A DNA stretch of 56,071 nucleotides from assembly GCA_902609995.1 (NCBI GenBank), contig CACLUD010000001.1:1-56071 (forward strand), in the 5' to 3' direction. The position numbers and the translations under genes were made by a program. This DNA comes from an uncultured Prochlorococcus sp. (GTDB lineage Bacteria; Cyanobacteriota; Cyanobacteriia; PCC-6307; Cyanobiaceae). The notes beneath the pieces were generated by a model. The model saw nothing but the letters and a program-made list of their open reading frames with translations, was not told where the DNA came from and searched no databases. Of this stretch, positions 10,747-20,517 are shown one piece after another; position 1 is the stretch's first letter, and each line of letters starts with the position of its first letter.

Positions 10747-11859
10747 TTAAATATCTTTTTTATAAAAAGCTCTTTTCGTTATGGTCCCTTTGAATGTTCT
10801 ACCTCTGATTAAAATTTCAACAACATTATTTAAAGTAGCGTAAGAATTTTGAATATAAGCAAAAGCTATTGCCTTTTGCTTGGTAGGGGACCAACTACCG
10901 CTAGTTATAGTCCCAATATTTTCTCCATCTTTAAATACTTCGCATCCTTTTCTTCCAATAGCTCTCCCTTCAATATTTAGACCAACTAACTTTTTATTAA
11001 TTCCAAATCTTGATTGTTTTTCAAGAAACTCTCTTCCAAAAAAGTCATGATTATTTTCTAAATGTACTAGCCAACCTAATCCTGCTTCATATGGTGTAGT
11101 TGTTTCATCTAAATCTTGTCCATACAAGTGCATTCCTGCTTCAAGTCTTAAGGTATCTCTAGCACCTAAACCACAAGGCTTAATATTTTTTGAAACTAAG
11201 AAATCCCATAAATTAATTGCTGCTTTTGCGGATAATATGATTTCTAAACCGTTTTCACCTGTATAGCCCGTTTTCGAAAAGAAAATCTTTTCTTTGGACG
11301 AAATATGTTTAAAGATTTTATATTCACAACCAAAGTAAGGGATATGTGAAATCGATGATTTAATCCATTCTTCGAATAATTTAAAGGAATTTTTGCCTTG
11401 TAGTGCAAAGAGGACCTTATCTTTTTTTGCATTTGATATTGAAATATTATTGGTATTTAAATTATTTTTAATCCAAGAGAAATCAATTTGGTATCTGCTC
11501 GCATTTACTATTAAAAAAATTTCTGAGATATCCTCTTCTTGTTGACCAAGGTCATAAATTATTAGGTCATCTATTATTCCTCCCTTTTCATTCAGCATTA
11601 ATGTATAAAGCCCTTGTCCTTCTGAAAAGGAATATAAATTAGTAGGAAAAAATTTTTGAATATATTCTTTTGGATTAATTCCTTTAAGAGAAATTACACC
11701 CATGTGGGAAATATCAAAGAATCCTGCTGATGTTCTTACTGATTCATGTTCGTTTATTAATCCCGAAAAGGATATGGGCATTTCCCAACCTGCAAAATTT
11801 ACTAATTTTGCATTTGACTCAATATATTTTGAATAAAGTGGACTTTTAAGCAAATCCAT
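10747..11859 (-). CDS. gcvT: Glycine cleavage system aminomethyltransferase T
   Basis: [25 protein letters not shown] and [13 protein letters not shown]. Confidence 0.96.
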   Translation of the reverse strand: MDLLKSPLYSKYIESNAKLVNFAGWEMPISFSGLINEHESVRTSAGFFDISHMGVISLKGINPKEYIQKFFPTNLYSFSEGQGLYTLMLNEKGGIIDDLIIYDLGQQEEDISEIFLIVNASRYQIDFSWIKNNLNTNNISISNAKKDKVLFALQGKNSFKLFEEWIKSSISHIPYFGCEYKIFKHISSKEKIFFSKTGYTGENGLEIILSAKAAINLWDFLVSKNIKPCGLGARDTLRLEAGMHLYGQDLDETTTPYEAGLGWLVHLENNHDFFGREFLEKQSRFGINKKLVGLNIEGRAIGRKGCEVFKDGENIGTITSGSWSPTKQKAIAFAYIQNSYATLNNVVEILIRGRTFKGTITKRAFYKKDI

Positions 11860-11909
11860 GAAACATTTAATGAGTTATTTAGCTTTTCATACTCTAGTTT
11901 AGAAATTTC

Positions 11910-12794
11910 TTATTGCATATTTTGTACTGACATAATTAAGCTTCTCAGTACTTTTGCGGCAACTATACTACTAACTCCGCTATTATCAATATCTGGAGAT
12001 AATTCCACAATATCTGAAGCGACAATTCTAAATTCTTTTAGAGTTTCAAGAATTACTTCAAAGTCATTCCAAAAAAAACCTCCTGGTTCTGGAGTTCCCG
12101 TACCAGGTAATAAACTTGGATCAAACCAATCCAAATCTATTGTTAAATATATTGGCGAATTAGAGTAAGGAAGAAGGGCTTTTTTAAGTTCTTGAGCATT
12201 CCCTCCTGGCAAGAATTTTACTAATTGCTTTTTTTGACTCATAAATTTAAACTCTTCTTTGGTACCACTTCTTATTCCGACTTGCAAAATCTTTTTTTCA
12301 GGTAAAATATCTAAGCATCTTTGCATTGCACAAGCATGACTATGTTCATTCCCCATATATGAGGTTCTTAGATCTGCATGAGCATCTAGTTGAATTAAAA
12401 TCAGATCTGGATATTTATTTACTAACGCCTCAATAGCACCACTAGTAATAGAGTGCTCACCTCCAAGCATAATGGGAGTAAGTTTGCTACTCATAATGAA
12501 ATCTGTTGCTGATTTGACTGCTTTAATGACAGACTTTGAGTCATTTTTATCTATTTCTAGTGAACCAAAATCAACATAATTAAAATCTCCTAAATCTTTT
12601 CCTAATCTTGGACAAAATGTCTCTAAACATGTGCTTACTAGCCTTATGGCATTTGGACCAAATCTAGTCCCTGACTTATAAGAGCATGTACCGTCATAAT
12701 TGACTCCAAATATTCCAATTGAACAATCATCTGGATTTCTTTTGGCTCCCATAAAAATTGCACTTTCGTTATCAAATAAATTTTTATTGATCAT
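11910..12794 (-). CDS. speB: Agmatinase / ureohydrolase family
   Basis: Mn-binding motifs GGEHS, DAHAD and DLDWFDP, plus GTGTPEPGG. Confidence 0.9.
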   Translation of the reverse strand: MINKNLFDNESAIFMGAKRNPDDCSIGIFGVNYDGTCSYKSGTRFGPNAIRLVSTCLETFCPRLGKDLGDFNYVDFGSLEIDKNDSKSVIKAVKSATDFIMSSKLTPIMLGGEHSITSGAIEALVNKYPDLILIQLDAHADLRTSYMGNEHSHACAMQRCLDILPEKKILQVGIRSGTKEEFKFMSQKKQLVKFLPGGNAQELKKALLPYSNSPIYLTIDLDWFDPSLLPGTGTPEPGGFFWNDFEVILETLKEFRIVASDIVELSPDIDNSGVSSIVAAKVLRSLIMSVQNMQ

Positions 12795-12795
12795 T

Positions 12796-13647
12796 TTACG
12801 AATTGAGTTTTTTTACAATTTTATTTGGCATCATTTTGAATGCAGCATTTTGAAAATTAAAATTCCAAACATCACAATTATTTTCTATTTCCATGACTTC
12901 TTTGTAATTGACTTTTGATAAATTTAATTCTTCATCTGAAGCGAATGTCCAACTCCAAATACCACTTGGATATATTGGCACAAATGAATACATAGTTTCA
13001 GATAATTTGAATATTTTATTGAGTGATTTCAAAATATGTATATGAATATTTTCGAATGATTCAGGTGATTCGCTTTGAGTCGCTAATATTCCCTTTTTCG
13101 TGAGTATTCTTTTACATTCTTTATAAAAGGAATCTGTGAATAATAAATTAGAAAATTCTGATGGATCTGAACAATCGATAAAAATAACATCATAAGAATT
13201 ATCTTTAGTTTTTTCCACCCATTTAACTCCATCATCAATATGAATAGCTAATCTTTTATCACTCCACGCTCCACCTCCAATTTCTTTTAAAAATGTTTTA
13301 GATACTTTGATGACTTCTTCATCAATTTCTACCAAATCAATTTTTGAAACTTGAGAGTATTTTAAGCATTCTCTTGCAGTTCCACCATCACCTCCTCCAA
13401 TAATCAGTATGTGAGATTTCTTATCAATGCTACTTAATGCTGGATGGACAAGGCATTCATGATAATATTTTTCGTCTCTTAATGACGTCATCCAACATCC
13501 ATCTAACATTAAAGCTTTACCATAAAAATCAGTCTCAATAATCAGAATTTCTTGATATTTAGAATTTTTTTTAAGTAATACTTTCCCATTGAGTCCAAAT
13601 CTTGAGCCTTTGTGGTACTCATCTATCCAAGTTGGCATATCTTTCAT
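12796..13647 (-). CDS. speE: Polyamine aminopropyltransferase (spermidine synthase family)
   Basis: SKYQ, LDG, YHECLVHP, LIIGGGDGG, VEID and DCSDP. Confidence 0.92.
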   Translation of the reverse strand: MKDMPTWIDEYHKGSRFGLNGKVLLKKNSKYQEILIIETDFYGKALMLDGCWMTSLRDEKYYHECLVHPALSSIDKKSHILIIGGGDGGTARECLKYSQVSKIDLVEIDEEVIKVSKTFLKEIGGGAWSDKRLAIHIDDGVKWVEKTKDNSYDVIFIDCSDPSEFSNLLFTDSFYKECKRILTKKGILATQSESPESFENIHIHILKSLNKIFKLSETMYSFVPIYPSGIWSWTFASDEELNLSKVNYKEVMEIENNCDVWNFNFQNAAFKMMPNKIVKKLNS

Positions 13648-14498
13648 TTTTTTTTCAATTTTTCTCTCATTAGTGTTTTTTTAGCAACTTCCCAAAGCCG
13701 CTGAAAATCTTTTGGGTTTTGTTTTCTAATATTATCTCCTACCTGATCTTCCATTATTGCAAATCTGTCTAAAAATTTTTTATTAGTTTTTTGAAGAGAT
13801 GATTCTGGGTTTATTTTTAGAAAGTTTGAAAGACTTATCAAAGTAAAGTAAACATCTCCAAATTCATCTTTGATTTCATGTGCCTTTTTGCTTTTTATTG
13901 CTTCTTTTAATTCGCATATTTCTTCATCTAATTTATCAAAAATCTTTTTACTACTTTCCCATTTAAAACCGTATTCTTTAACAGTATTAGTAATCTGGTT
14001 TGATCCTATAGTTGCAGGTAAACTTTTTACTTTTGAATTTAATTGTCTACTAATTGATGATTTCTTATAGAATGTCTTATTTTCAGAATTTTTAATATTT
14101 CTCCAAATTTCTTGTGACTTTTTTAATGATACTTTTTCTTTTTTTTTAAAAACATAGGGATGTCTATTAATAATTTTTTTATTTAAATTTTCAATAACAT
14201 CTTTTAATTCAAATTGTTTTTCTTCAAAGCCAATTTCCGAATGAAGCATTATTTGTAATAGGAGATCCCCTAATTCTTCACAAATATTATTCGCGTTTTT
14301 TTCATATATTGCATCAATCAATTCACTACTTTCTTCATTTAAAAATGGGATCAAGGATTTATGTGACTGTATTTTTTGCCATGGGCAGCCCCATGTTTTA
14401 TCTTTTAAATATTTAATATTTGATATTAAAATCTTGAAACTCTCTAAAGTGTTTTGATCACTATCTTTCTGATTGTTATATCCATTGTTTAAGTTCAT
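13644..14498 (-). CDS. mazG: Nucleoside triphosphate pyrophosphohydrolase MazG (two-domain)
   Basis: GCPW, EE..E, EELGDLLLQ and RHPYVF in domain 1; EEICE and DEFGDVYF in domain 2. Confidence 0.92.
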   Translation of the reverse strand: MNLNNGYNNQKDSDQNTLESFKILISNIKYLKDKTWGCPWQKIQSHKSLIPFLNEESSELIDAIYEKNANNICEELGDLLLQIMLHSEIGFEEKQFELKDVIENLNKKIINRHPYVFKKKEKVSLKKSQEIWRNIKNSENKTFYKKSSISRQLNSKVKSLPATIGSNQITNTVKEYGFKWESSKKIFDKLDEEICELKEAIKSKKAHEIKDEFGDVYFTLISLSNFLKINPESSLQKTNKKFLDRFAIMEDQVGDNIRKQNPKDFQRLWEVAKKTLMREKLKKK

Positions 14499-14579
14499 AA
14501 AGCTGTATCTTATTTATTCAATTTTGACTTAATCATGAAATTTTTAAAGACTAGGTATAAAATTTTCAACTTAATCTAC

Positions 14580-14585
14580 TAGAAT
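14580..14585 (+). promoter_or_regulatory. Possible sigma70 -10 element (TAGAAT) for tRNA-Val
   Basis: TAGAAT ends 11 nt before the mature tRNA 5' end; the AT-rich context makes this weak. Confidence 0.3.
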
Positions 14586-14596
14586 GGATAATTATA

Positions 14597-14668
<72 letters not shown>

Positions 14669-14684
14669 TTTTCTTTTTAGAACA

Positions 14685-15017
14685 ATGACTGAGATCGTTA
14701 ATCTTTCAATCAGTCAAACTGCAGCATCAGAGCTTTCAAGGCAAGCATCTTTTGGAGGATCGCCGGGTGAAATGTCCATTGCTTTAATTAATGATAAAGA
14801 AGGTTGGATGCATATTAAATTAAAACCAGGTACATTTAATGGATCTCCAATATCCAGAACTGAAGGCATAACTTTATATGCTGACACTAAAAAATTTTCC
14901 TTGTTAAAAGATTTAAAACTTGATTATTATAGCGATTTAAGTGGCGGAGGTTTTCTTATCTCAACTCCTAAAAATGCCAAGAGGTGTGCTTGCGGTTCTG
15001 GTTTTAAACTCTTGTAG
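14685..15017 (+). CDS. HesB/IscA-like (A-type Fe-S carrier fold) protein, degenerate
   Basis: N-terminal ISQTAASEL, then LKLDY..DLSGGGF and C-terminal CACGSGF match the HesB/IscA pattern; the N-terminal GC motif is missing. Confidence 0.7.
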   Translation: MTEIVNLSISQTAASELSRQASFGGSPGEMSIALINDKEGWMHIKLKPGTFNGSPISRTEGITLYADTKKFSLLKDLKLDYYSDLSGGGFLISTPKNAKRCACGSGFKLL

Positions 15018-15104
15018 TTTTACATATATTTTGCAAACTGATATTTTTTTTAAATTATTTGCTTCTATCAATATAAAATAAATAAAAAGCTAATGAAATA
15101 ACTA

Positions 15105-17867
15105 TTGCAAATGAATGAGTCGAATGATGAACTTACATTAAATAATTATTTGCCTTCACAGGTAGAACAAAAATGGCAAAAGCAATGGGATAGTTTAAGA
15201 GCATTTAGTCCTAATCCTAGTGATAAAGGGGATCCTTTTTGTATAGTTATTCCGCCACCAAATGTCACAGGGTCTTTGCATATGGGCCATGCTTTCAATA
15301 CTGCATTAATAGATGTGATTATTCGTTTTCAAAGACTTCTTGGTAAAAATGTTTTATGTTTACCTGGTACCGATCATGCTTCAATAGCAGTTCAAACTAT
15401 TCTTGAAAAACAATTAAAAACTGAGGGTAAAAATAGCGAAGATATTGGCAGAGAGGAATTTTTAAAAAGAGCCTGGATTTGGAAAGAGCAAAGTGGGGGT
15501 AAAATAATATCCCAATTAAAGAGGATTGGATATTCCGTAGACTGGGAGAGGGAACGATTTACTTTAGATGAAAAATTGAATGAAGCAGTTGTTGAAGCCT
15601 TTAATATTTTGCATGAGAAAAAACTGATTTATAGAGGTGAATATTTAGTTAATTGGTGTCCAGCATCTCAATCAGCAGTTAGTGATCTTGAAGTTGAAAT
15701 GCAAGAGGTTAATGGATACTTATGGCATTTTAAATATCCACTAATTTCTGATCAGGGTCAAATCTTAGATGAATATTTAGAGGTTGCGACAACTCGACCT
15801 GAAACCTTATTGGGAGATACCGCTTTAGCTGTAAATCCAAACGATGAAAGATATAAAAAATATATTGATAAAAAAGTGAAAGTACCTTTTGTTAATAGAG
15901 AAATACCTGTTATTTCTGACATACATGTTGATAAGGATTTTGGTACAGGTTGTGTAAAGGTTACCCCAGCTCATGATCCTAATGATTTTGCTATCGGCAA
16001 AAGGAATAATTTAAAGCAAATCAATATAATGAATAAAGATGGAACTCTTAATATTAATGCAGGAAAGTTTCAGGATTTAGATAGATTTGATGCTAGAAAA
16101 AAAATCATAAAGGAATTAGATACTTTAGGTTTATTAACTAAAATAGAAAACTATAAAAATACAGTGCCTTTTTCTGATAGAGGTAAAGTGCCAATTGAGC
16201 CATTATTGTCAACCCAGTGGTTTTTGAAAATGGAAAATATTTCTTCAAGTTGTCTAAAAGAACTTGATTCTAAAAAGCCTACCTTTATTCCTCAGCGTTG
16301 GGAGAAAGTTTATAAAGATTGGTTAGATAATATCAATGATTGGTGTATTAGTAGGCAATTATGGTGGGGACATCAAATTCCTGCATGGTATGTATTAAAA
16401 CAATCAGAAGACTCAATAGATCAAAATACTCCATATGTTGTCGCCAGAAATGAGAAAGAAGCATTAATCAAAGCCACTAAAGAATTTGGGTCTAATTTGC
16501 AACTTATTCGTGATAAGGACGTTTTAGATACTTGGTTTTCAAGTGGTTTATGGCCTTTTTCTACATTGGGGTGGCCTCATATCAATGATGCAGATTTTAA
16601 AAAATGGTATCCAAATAGTGTTTTAGTTACTGGTTTCGATATTATTTTCTTTTGGGTTGCAAGAATGACAATGATGGGGAAAACTTTTACGAATAATATT
16701 CCATTCAAAGATGTTTATATTCATGGTTTAGTTCGAGATGAAAATAATAAAAAAATGAGTAAAAGTTCAGGTAACGGAATTGATCCTTTGCTTTTGATTG
16801 ATAAATATGGTTCTGATGCTTTGCGATTTGCTTTACTTCGTGAAGTCGCTGGTGCTGGTCAGGATATAAGGCTTGATTTTGATAGGAAAGAAAATACTTC
16901 TTCAACGGTTGTGGCATCAAGGAATTTTGCAAATAAACTTTGGAATGCTACTAAATTTGTTTTAATAAATAAAACTTTTTCTGAAAATTATTCTTTAAAT
17001 GAGATTGATGAAAAATATTTAGAATTATCTGATAAGTGGATTTTATCAAAATTAAATCAGTTGAATACAAAAGTATCTAATCTTTTAATTGAATATAAAT
17101 TAGGCGAATCTGCAAAATTATTATATGAATTTACATGGAATGACTTTTGTGATTGGTATGTTGAATTTGCAAAACAAAAATTTAATAATAAAGGATCCCA
17201 CAACAGAAAAATATCTGAAAAAATATTAATCAAAGTACTAACTGATGTGTTGGTTATGATGCATCCCTTTATGCCACATATCACTGAAGAACTTTGGCAT
17301 AAATTGCAAAAAAAACCTGAACAAATATTATTATCTCTTCAAAAATGGCCTGTATTAGAAAAAAAATATATAAATTCTCAAATAGATAAATCCTTTCAGG
17401 AGCTCTTTGAAATAATTAGATTGATTAGAAATCTTAGGGTTGAGTTAGGACTTAAGCCATCTCAACTGGTTCCTGTTTACTTGATTTCAGATAATGTTCA
17501 ATTAACTAATTTTTTGAAAACTTTAATAGTTGATATTAAAACTTTTACGAAGTCATCTGAAGTTTTTATTTGTAAAACTAAGGATATCGATAAAAACGAT
17601 TTTGCTAAGTCTTTTTCTGGAATTATTGGTGATATAGAAGTTTATTTACCCTTTAATGATTTTGTAAATCTAGAAGCTTTAAAGGATAGACTTACTAAGG
17701 ACCTGCAAAAAGTTAATTCTGATATAGAAATATTAAATAAGAGAATATCTAACAAAAACTTTATAGACAAAGCTCCTAAAGATATTGTTGAGGAATATTT
17801 TGCCAAGTTGAAAGAAGGGAATTTGCAATCGGAAAGAATAAATAAAAAACTTAAATTATTAAAATGA
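15105..17867 (+). CDS. valS: Valine--tRNA ligase (likely start ATG 15111)
   Basis: PPPNVTGSLHMGH (HIGH), DWCISRQLWWGH, KMSKS and a C-terminal coiled coil. Confidence 0.98.
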   Translation: MQMNESNDELTLNNYLPSQVEQKWQKQWDSLRAFSPNPSDKGDPFCIVIPPPNVTGSLHMGHAFNTALIDVIIRFQRLLGKNVLCLPGTDHASIAVQTILEKQLKTEGKNSEDIGREEFLKRAWIWKEQSGGKIISQLKRIGYSVDWERERFTLDEKLNEAVVEAFNILHEKKLIYRGEYLVNWCPASQSAVSDLEVEMQEVNGYLWHFKYPLISDQGQILDEYLEVATTRPETLLGDTALAVNPNDERYKKYIDKKVKVPFVNREIPVISDIHVDKDFGTGCVKVTPAHDPNDFAIGKRNNLKQINIMNKDGTLNINAGKFQDLDRFDARKKIIKELDTLGLLTKIENYKNTVPFSDRGKVPIEPLLSTQWFLKMENISSSCLKELDSKKPTFIPQRWEKVYKDWLDNINDWCISRQLWWGHQIPAWYVLKQSEDSIDQNTPYVVARNEKEALIKATKEFGSNLQLIRDKDVLDTWFSSGLWPFSTLGWPHINDADFKKWYPNSVLVTGFDIIFFWVARMTMMGKTFTNNIPFKDVYIHGLVRDENNKKMSKSSGNGIDPLLLIDKYGSDALRFALLREVAGAGQDIRLDFDRKENTSSTVVASRNFANKLWNATKFVLINKTFSENYSLNEIDEKYLELSDKWILSKLNQLNTKVSNLLIEYKLGESAKLLYEFTWNDFCDWYVEFAKQKFNNKGSHNRKISEKILIKVLTDVLVMMHPFMPHITEELWHKLQKKPEQILLSLQKWPVLEKKYINSQIDKSFQELFEIIRLIRNLRVELGLKPSQLVPVYLISDNVQLTNFLKTLIVDIKTFTKSSEVFICKTKDIDKNDFAKSFSGIIGDIEVYLPFNDFVNLEALKDRLTKDLQKVNSDIEILNKRISNKNFIDKAPKDIVEEYFAKLKEGNLQSERINKKLKLLK

Positions 17868-17868
17868 T

Positions 17869-18480
17869 ATGACTTCTTTTTTTGAAAATATCTATGACCT
17901 AGCCTATTTTTTTAATACAAATATTGGGATTTTTGCGTTTATCCTTTTATATATTTTAATTGTTTTATTAATTCTTCCTGCCTCTTGGTTATCTTTATTA
18001 TCTGGTTTTTTATATGGTTCTTATTTCGGTTCAATAATAGTTTTTTTTGCTGCAGTTATTGGAGCTTCAGTAGCATTCTTTATTTCAAAAAGTTTTTTAT
18101 CAATAAAGCTTAAAAAAGTTATTAATCGTTTCCCCAGATTAAGTCTTATGGAACAAGTAGTGCAGAAAGGTGGTCTCAAATTAATCCTTTTAGCGCGACT
18201 TTCTCCTCTCTTTCCTTTTAGTATTCTTAATTATTTTTATGGGTTAAATAATATTAAATTTAGAAACTTTGCTCTTGGTCTTTTAGGAATCATTCCTGGA
18301 ACATTTCTTTATTGTTCTATAGGGAGCTTGGCAAAAAGTTTGCAGGATTTAAAAAATTTACAGCCAACAAATAATTTACTCATAACAATTATAAGTGTGG
18401 TTTCTACTTTGATGGTTGTTTATTTTTCAGCAAAGTATGCTAAAGAATATATTAATGAGTCAAAAGAAATTAATCTTTAA
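17869..18480 (+). CDS. TVP38/TMEM64 (VTT/DedA superfamily) membrane protein
   Basis: LPASWLSLLSGFLYG, RLSPLFPFSILNYFYG and GIIPGT; hydrophobic throughout. Confidence 0.88.
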   Translation: MTSFFENIYDLAYFFNTNIGIFAFILLYILIVLLILPASWLSLLSGFLYGSYFGSIIVFFAAVIGASVAFFISKSFLSIKLKKVINRFPRLSLMEQVVQKGGLKLILLARLSPLFPFSILNYFYGLNNIKFRNFALGLLGIIPGTFLYCSIGSLAKSLQDLKNLQPTNNLLITIISVVSTLMVVYFSAKYAKEYINESKEINL

Positions 18481-18622
18481 TATTCCAATCTCTTATAGAA
18501 GCAATAATTACAAACCAAAAAATTCTTAATTTTCCAAGCAAACTTTTATTAGATTGTAATTCTATATATTTTGCCTGGCCGCATGGGGTTTTAATATATT
18601 TGAAAAGATTTTTGTTATCCAT
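18470..18622 (-). CDS. Small hypothetical protein (about 50 aa from ATG 18622; longest ORF starts 18658)
   Basis: Fills an otherwise empty gap; MDNKNLFKYIKTPCGQAKYIEL...LRIFWFVIIASIRDW has an amphipathic/hydrophobic C-terminus. Confidence 0.6.
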   Translation of the reverse strand: MDNKNLFKYIKTPCGQAKYIELQSNKSLLGKLRIFWFVIIASIRDWNIKD

Positions 18623-18748
18623 AAAATCAATATCCCTTGGTAGTAATTGATTAATCATTAATAGTGTATTTCATTATCTGCTTTTTTAGTTTTTCATAAT
18701 TTACTGCTAGCTTAAATATTGACTTCTATGAAACGAATTACCTTAAAG

Positions 18749-20080
18749 TTATATTTTTTCACCTGGTTCGAAACCTCTAAAGCACTTGAATCTTGGGAAC
18801 CTAAGACTGAATGTTTCAGCATCTTGAGATTGAGTTCTTGCATCAGCTCTGATTTCTACCAATTGGCCGATTAGTTTATCTTTTTTTCTCCAATATTCTT
18901 CACGTTGAGAATCACTAAATCCACTCCCGCAATTAAGACGATAATTATATTGATCATCTTTACCTTCAACCAGGATTGCTCCAAGTCTGCCTTCGTTTCT
19001 GCCTGTCCCTTCTTCTATTGCTACAACTCTTAAGGTAACTTCTATGAATGGTTTTGCTTTTAACCAATTATGCGTTCTTTTGCATTCATACCACCCATGA
19101 GGATTTTTAATCATCACGCCTTCATATCCTCCCTCTACCGCTGATTTGTTAAGTTCTACAAATTTACTTTGTCCTTCAGGAGTATCTAAATCCACATTTT
19201 CCCATTCAAGTGTTTGGACATGTTTTAAAAGAGTTGCATTTTTTGCTACCCAGTCTTTTACCAACATACTTCTAGTGGTTTGATCTTTTTCCCATAAACC
19301 CTTCTTGAAATCTTTCATTGGACATAAATCAAATAAGTGTAAAACTGCATCTTTGGATTGTTTGCCATCTTTTCTATGTACTTGCTTCATTAGGTCTTGA
19401 AAATTAGCACTCATTACTTCACCGTCTAAGACTAAATCGTAGGGGGCAGGATGTTTCTCTAATACTTTTTCTATTTCTGTAATGATATGACCAAAGTTAT
19501 TAAATTGTTTTCCGTTTCGAGAAAACATTTCTACTTTATTTTTTCTAATAATTGTTAATACTCTGACTCCGTCTAATTTAATCTCAATTTGTTTCTTCCC
19601 TATCATTTTCTTTTCATGGTTTGCGCTGTCATGTGCAAGGGGACATGAGAAGATAGGTATAGCGTACTTTGGAAATTTTTTTGCAACTTTGTTTATTGTT
19701 TTTTCAGAGACCCCACAACGAAGATCTTTAATCAATACTCTTCTATAAAATCCGTTCCATTGTTCTTTAGTTGCAGATTTCATAACTAAATTGATCGCAT
19801 CTCTAGCGGCATGCCCAGTAAGTTCTCTTTTGATTAATTGATTTGTTAATACTTTAAAAATACTCCATTTACATCCTTGACCAGATGCCTCTTCTTTTTT
19901 TTCAGGTACTTGCTTTACACCAAAAGTTACTAAAGGATCTAAGGCCATAGTTACTCCCTCAAAAAAATCATTCAGCCCATTTTCCATTGCTTCAAAAATG
20001 ATTTTTTCTTTATCTAATCTGCTTGGGTGTAATTCTAATTTTTTAATTATTTCTTCTTTCCGAAGTTCTTCTTGTTTCAC
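18749..20080 (-). CDS. lig: ATP-dependent DNA ligase, T4-gp30-like architecture
   Basis: Motif I KLDGVR, III LDGEV, IIIa FDL, IV EGVMIK, V WLKAK, VI LRFPRF; N-terminal DNA-binding domain. Confidence 0.92.
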   Translation of the reverse strand: MKQEELRKEEIIKKLELHPSRLDKEKIIFEAMENGLNDFFEGVTMALDPLVTFGVKQVPEKKEEASGQGCKWSIFKVLTNQLIKRELTGHAARDAINLVMKSATKEQWNGFYRRVLIKDLRCGVSEKTINKVAKKFPKYAIPIFSCPLAHDSANHEKKMIGKKQIEIKLDGVRVLTIIRKNKVEMFSRNGKQFNNFGHIITEIEKVLEKHPAPYDLVLDGEVMSANFQDLMKQVHRKDGKQSKDAVLHLFDLCPMKDFKKGLWEKDQTTRSMLVKDWVAKNATLLKHVQTLEWENVDLDTPEGQSKFVELNKSAVEGGYEGVMIKNPHGWYECKRTHNWLKAKPFIEVTLRVVAIEEGTGRNEGRLGAILVEGKDDQYNYRLNCGSGFSDSQREEYWRKKDKLIGQLVEIRADARTQSQDAETFSLRFPRFKCFRGFEPGEKI

Positions 20081-20097
20081 AAGTTTTTGAACCTTTC

Positions 20098-20517
20098 CTA
20101 ATTTACTTTAGCTATTCTGTCTATCTTCCAATCTTTATCACTTTTTGAAAAAGTAAAATCTAAGGGAAGCTCATCTTTTTTATCCTCAGATTTTAAATTT
20201 AAAGTAATTATGATTTGATCTTCTTGAACTCTTGGTCTACCTGACTTTAGATTTCTATACTTATTTAAATTTAAGCCAGCTAAAAATTTTAAAAAGTCTT
20301 GACGTTTTACATGTGTTTTATAAGTTTTAGTAGTTAGTCCATATGCAGCGTCAATTCTACCTGCTGCTACTTGATCAAAAAATTTCCGAACTAATGGATT
20401 AATTCCTCTAGCGCTTATAACAAGTTTAACAGCATTGAAAGTCCAAAAAGAAACAAGGACTGCTCCACCAACCAATAAAGCTTTTACACCAATATCTTTA
20501 ACTAGTAATGCATCCAT
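20098..20517 (-). CDS. Hypothetical protein: N-terminal membrane anchor plus probable NTF2-like domain
   Basis: Hydrophobic ALLVGGAVLVSFWTF, then VRKFFDQVAAGRIDAAY...DWKID, a pattern seen in NTF2-like DUF families. Confidence 0.6.
   Translation of the reverse strand: MDALLVKDIGVKALLVGGAVLVSFWTFNAVKLVISARGINPLVRKFFDQVAAGRIDAAYGLTTKTYKTHVKRQDFLKFLAGLNLNKYRNLKSGRPRVQEDQIIITLNLKSEDKKDELPLDFTFSKSDKDWKIDRIAKVN

Noticed and set aside
11860-11909. Glycine riboswitch before gcvT or gcvH; preQ1 riboswitch before queE/queC
   Set aside because: The intergenic gaps are only 5-50 nt, AT-rich, and lack the conserved aptamer sequences.
13647-14147. Homopolymer tracts (A/T 8-10) as phase-variation sites in mazG, the SpoIID gene and tilS
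   Set aside because: All reading frames are intact, and such tracts are expected in Lys/Phe codons of an AT-rich genome.
15014-15027. NtcA box near the valS promoter
   Set aside because: The sequence is GTA-N8-TAT rather than GTA-N8-TAC and overlaps a stop codon; I found no exact box in the intergenic regions inspected.
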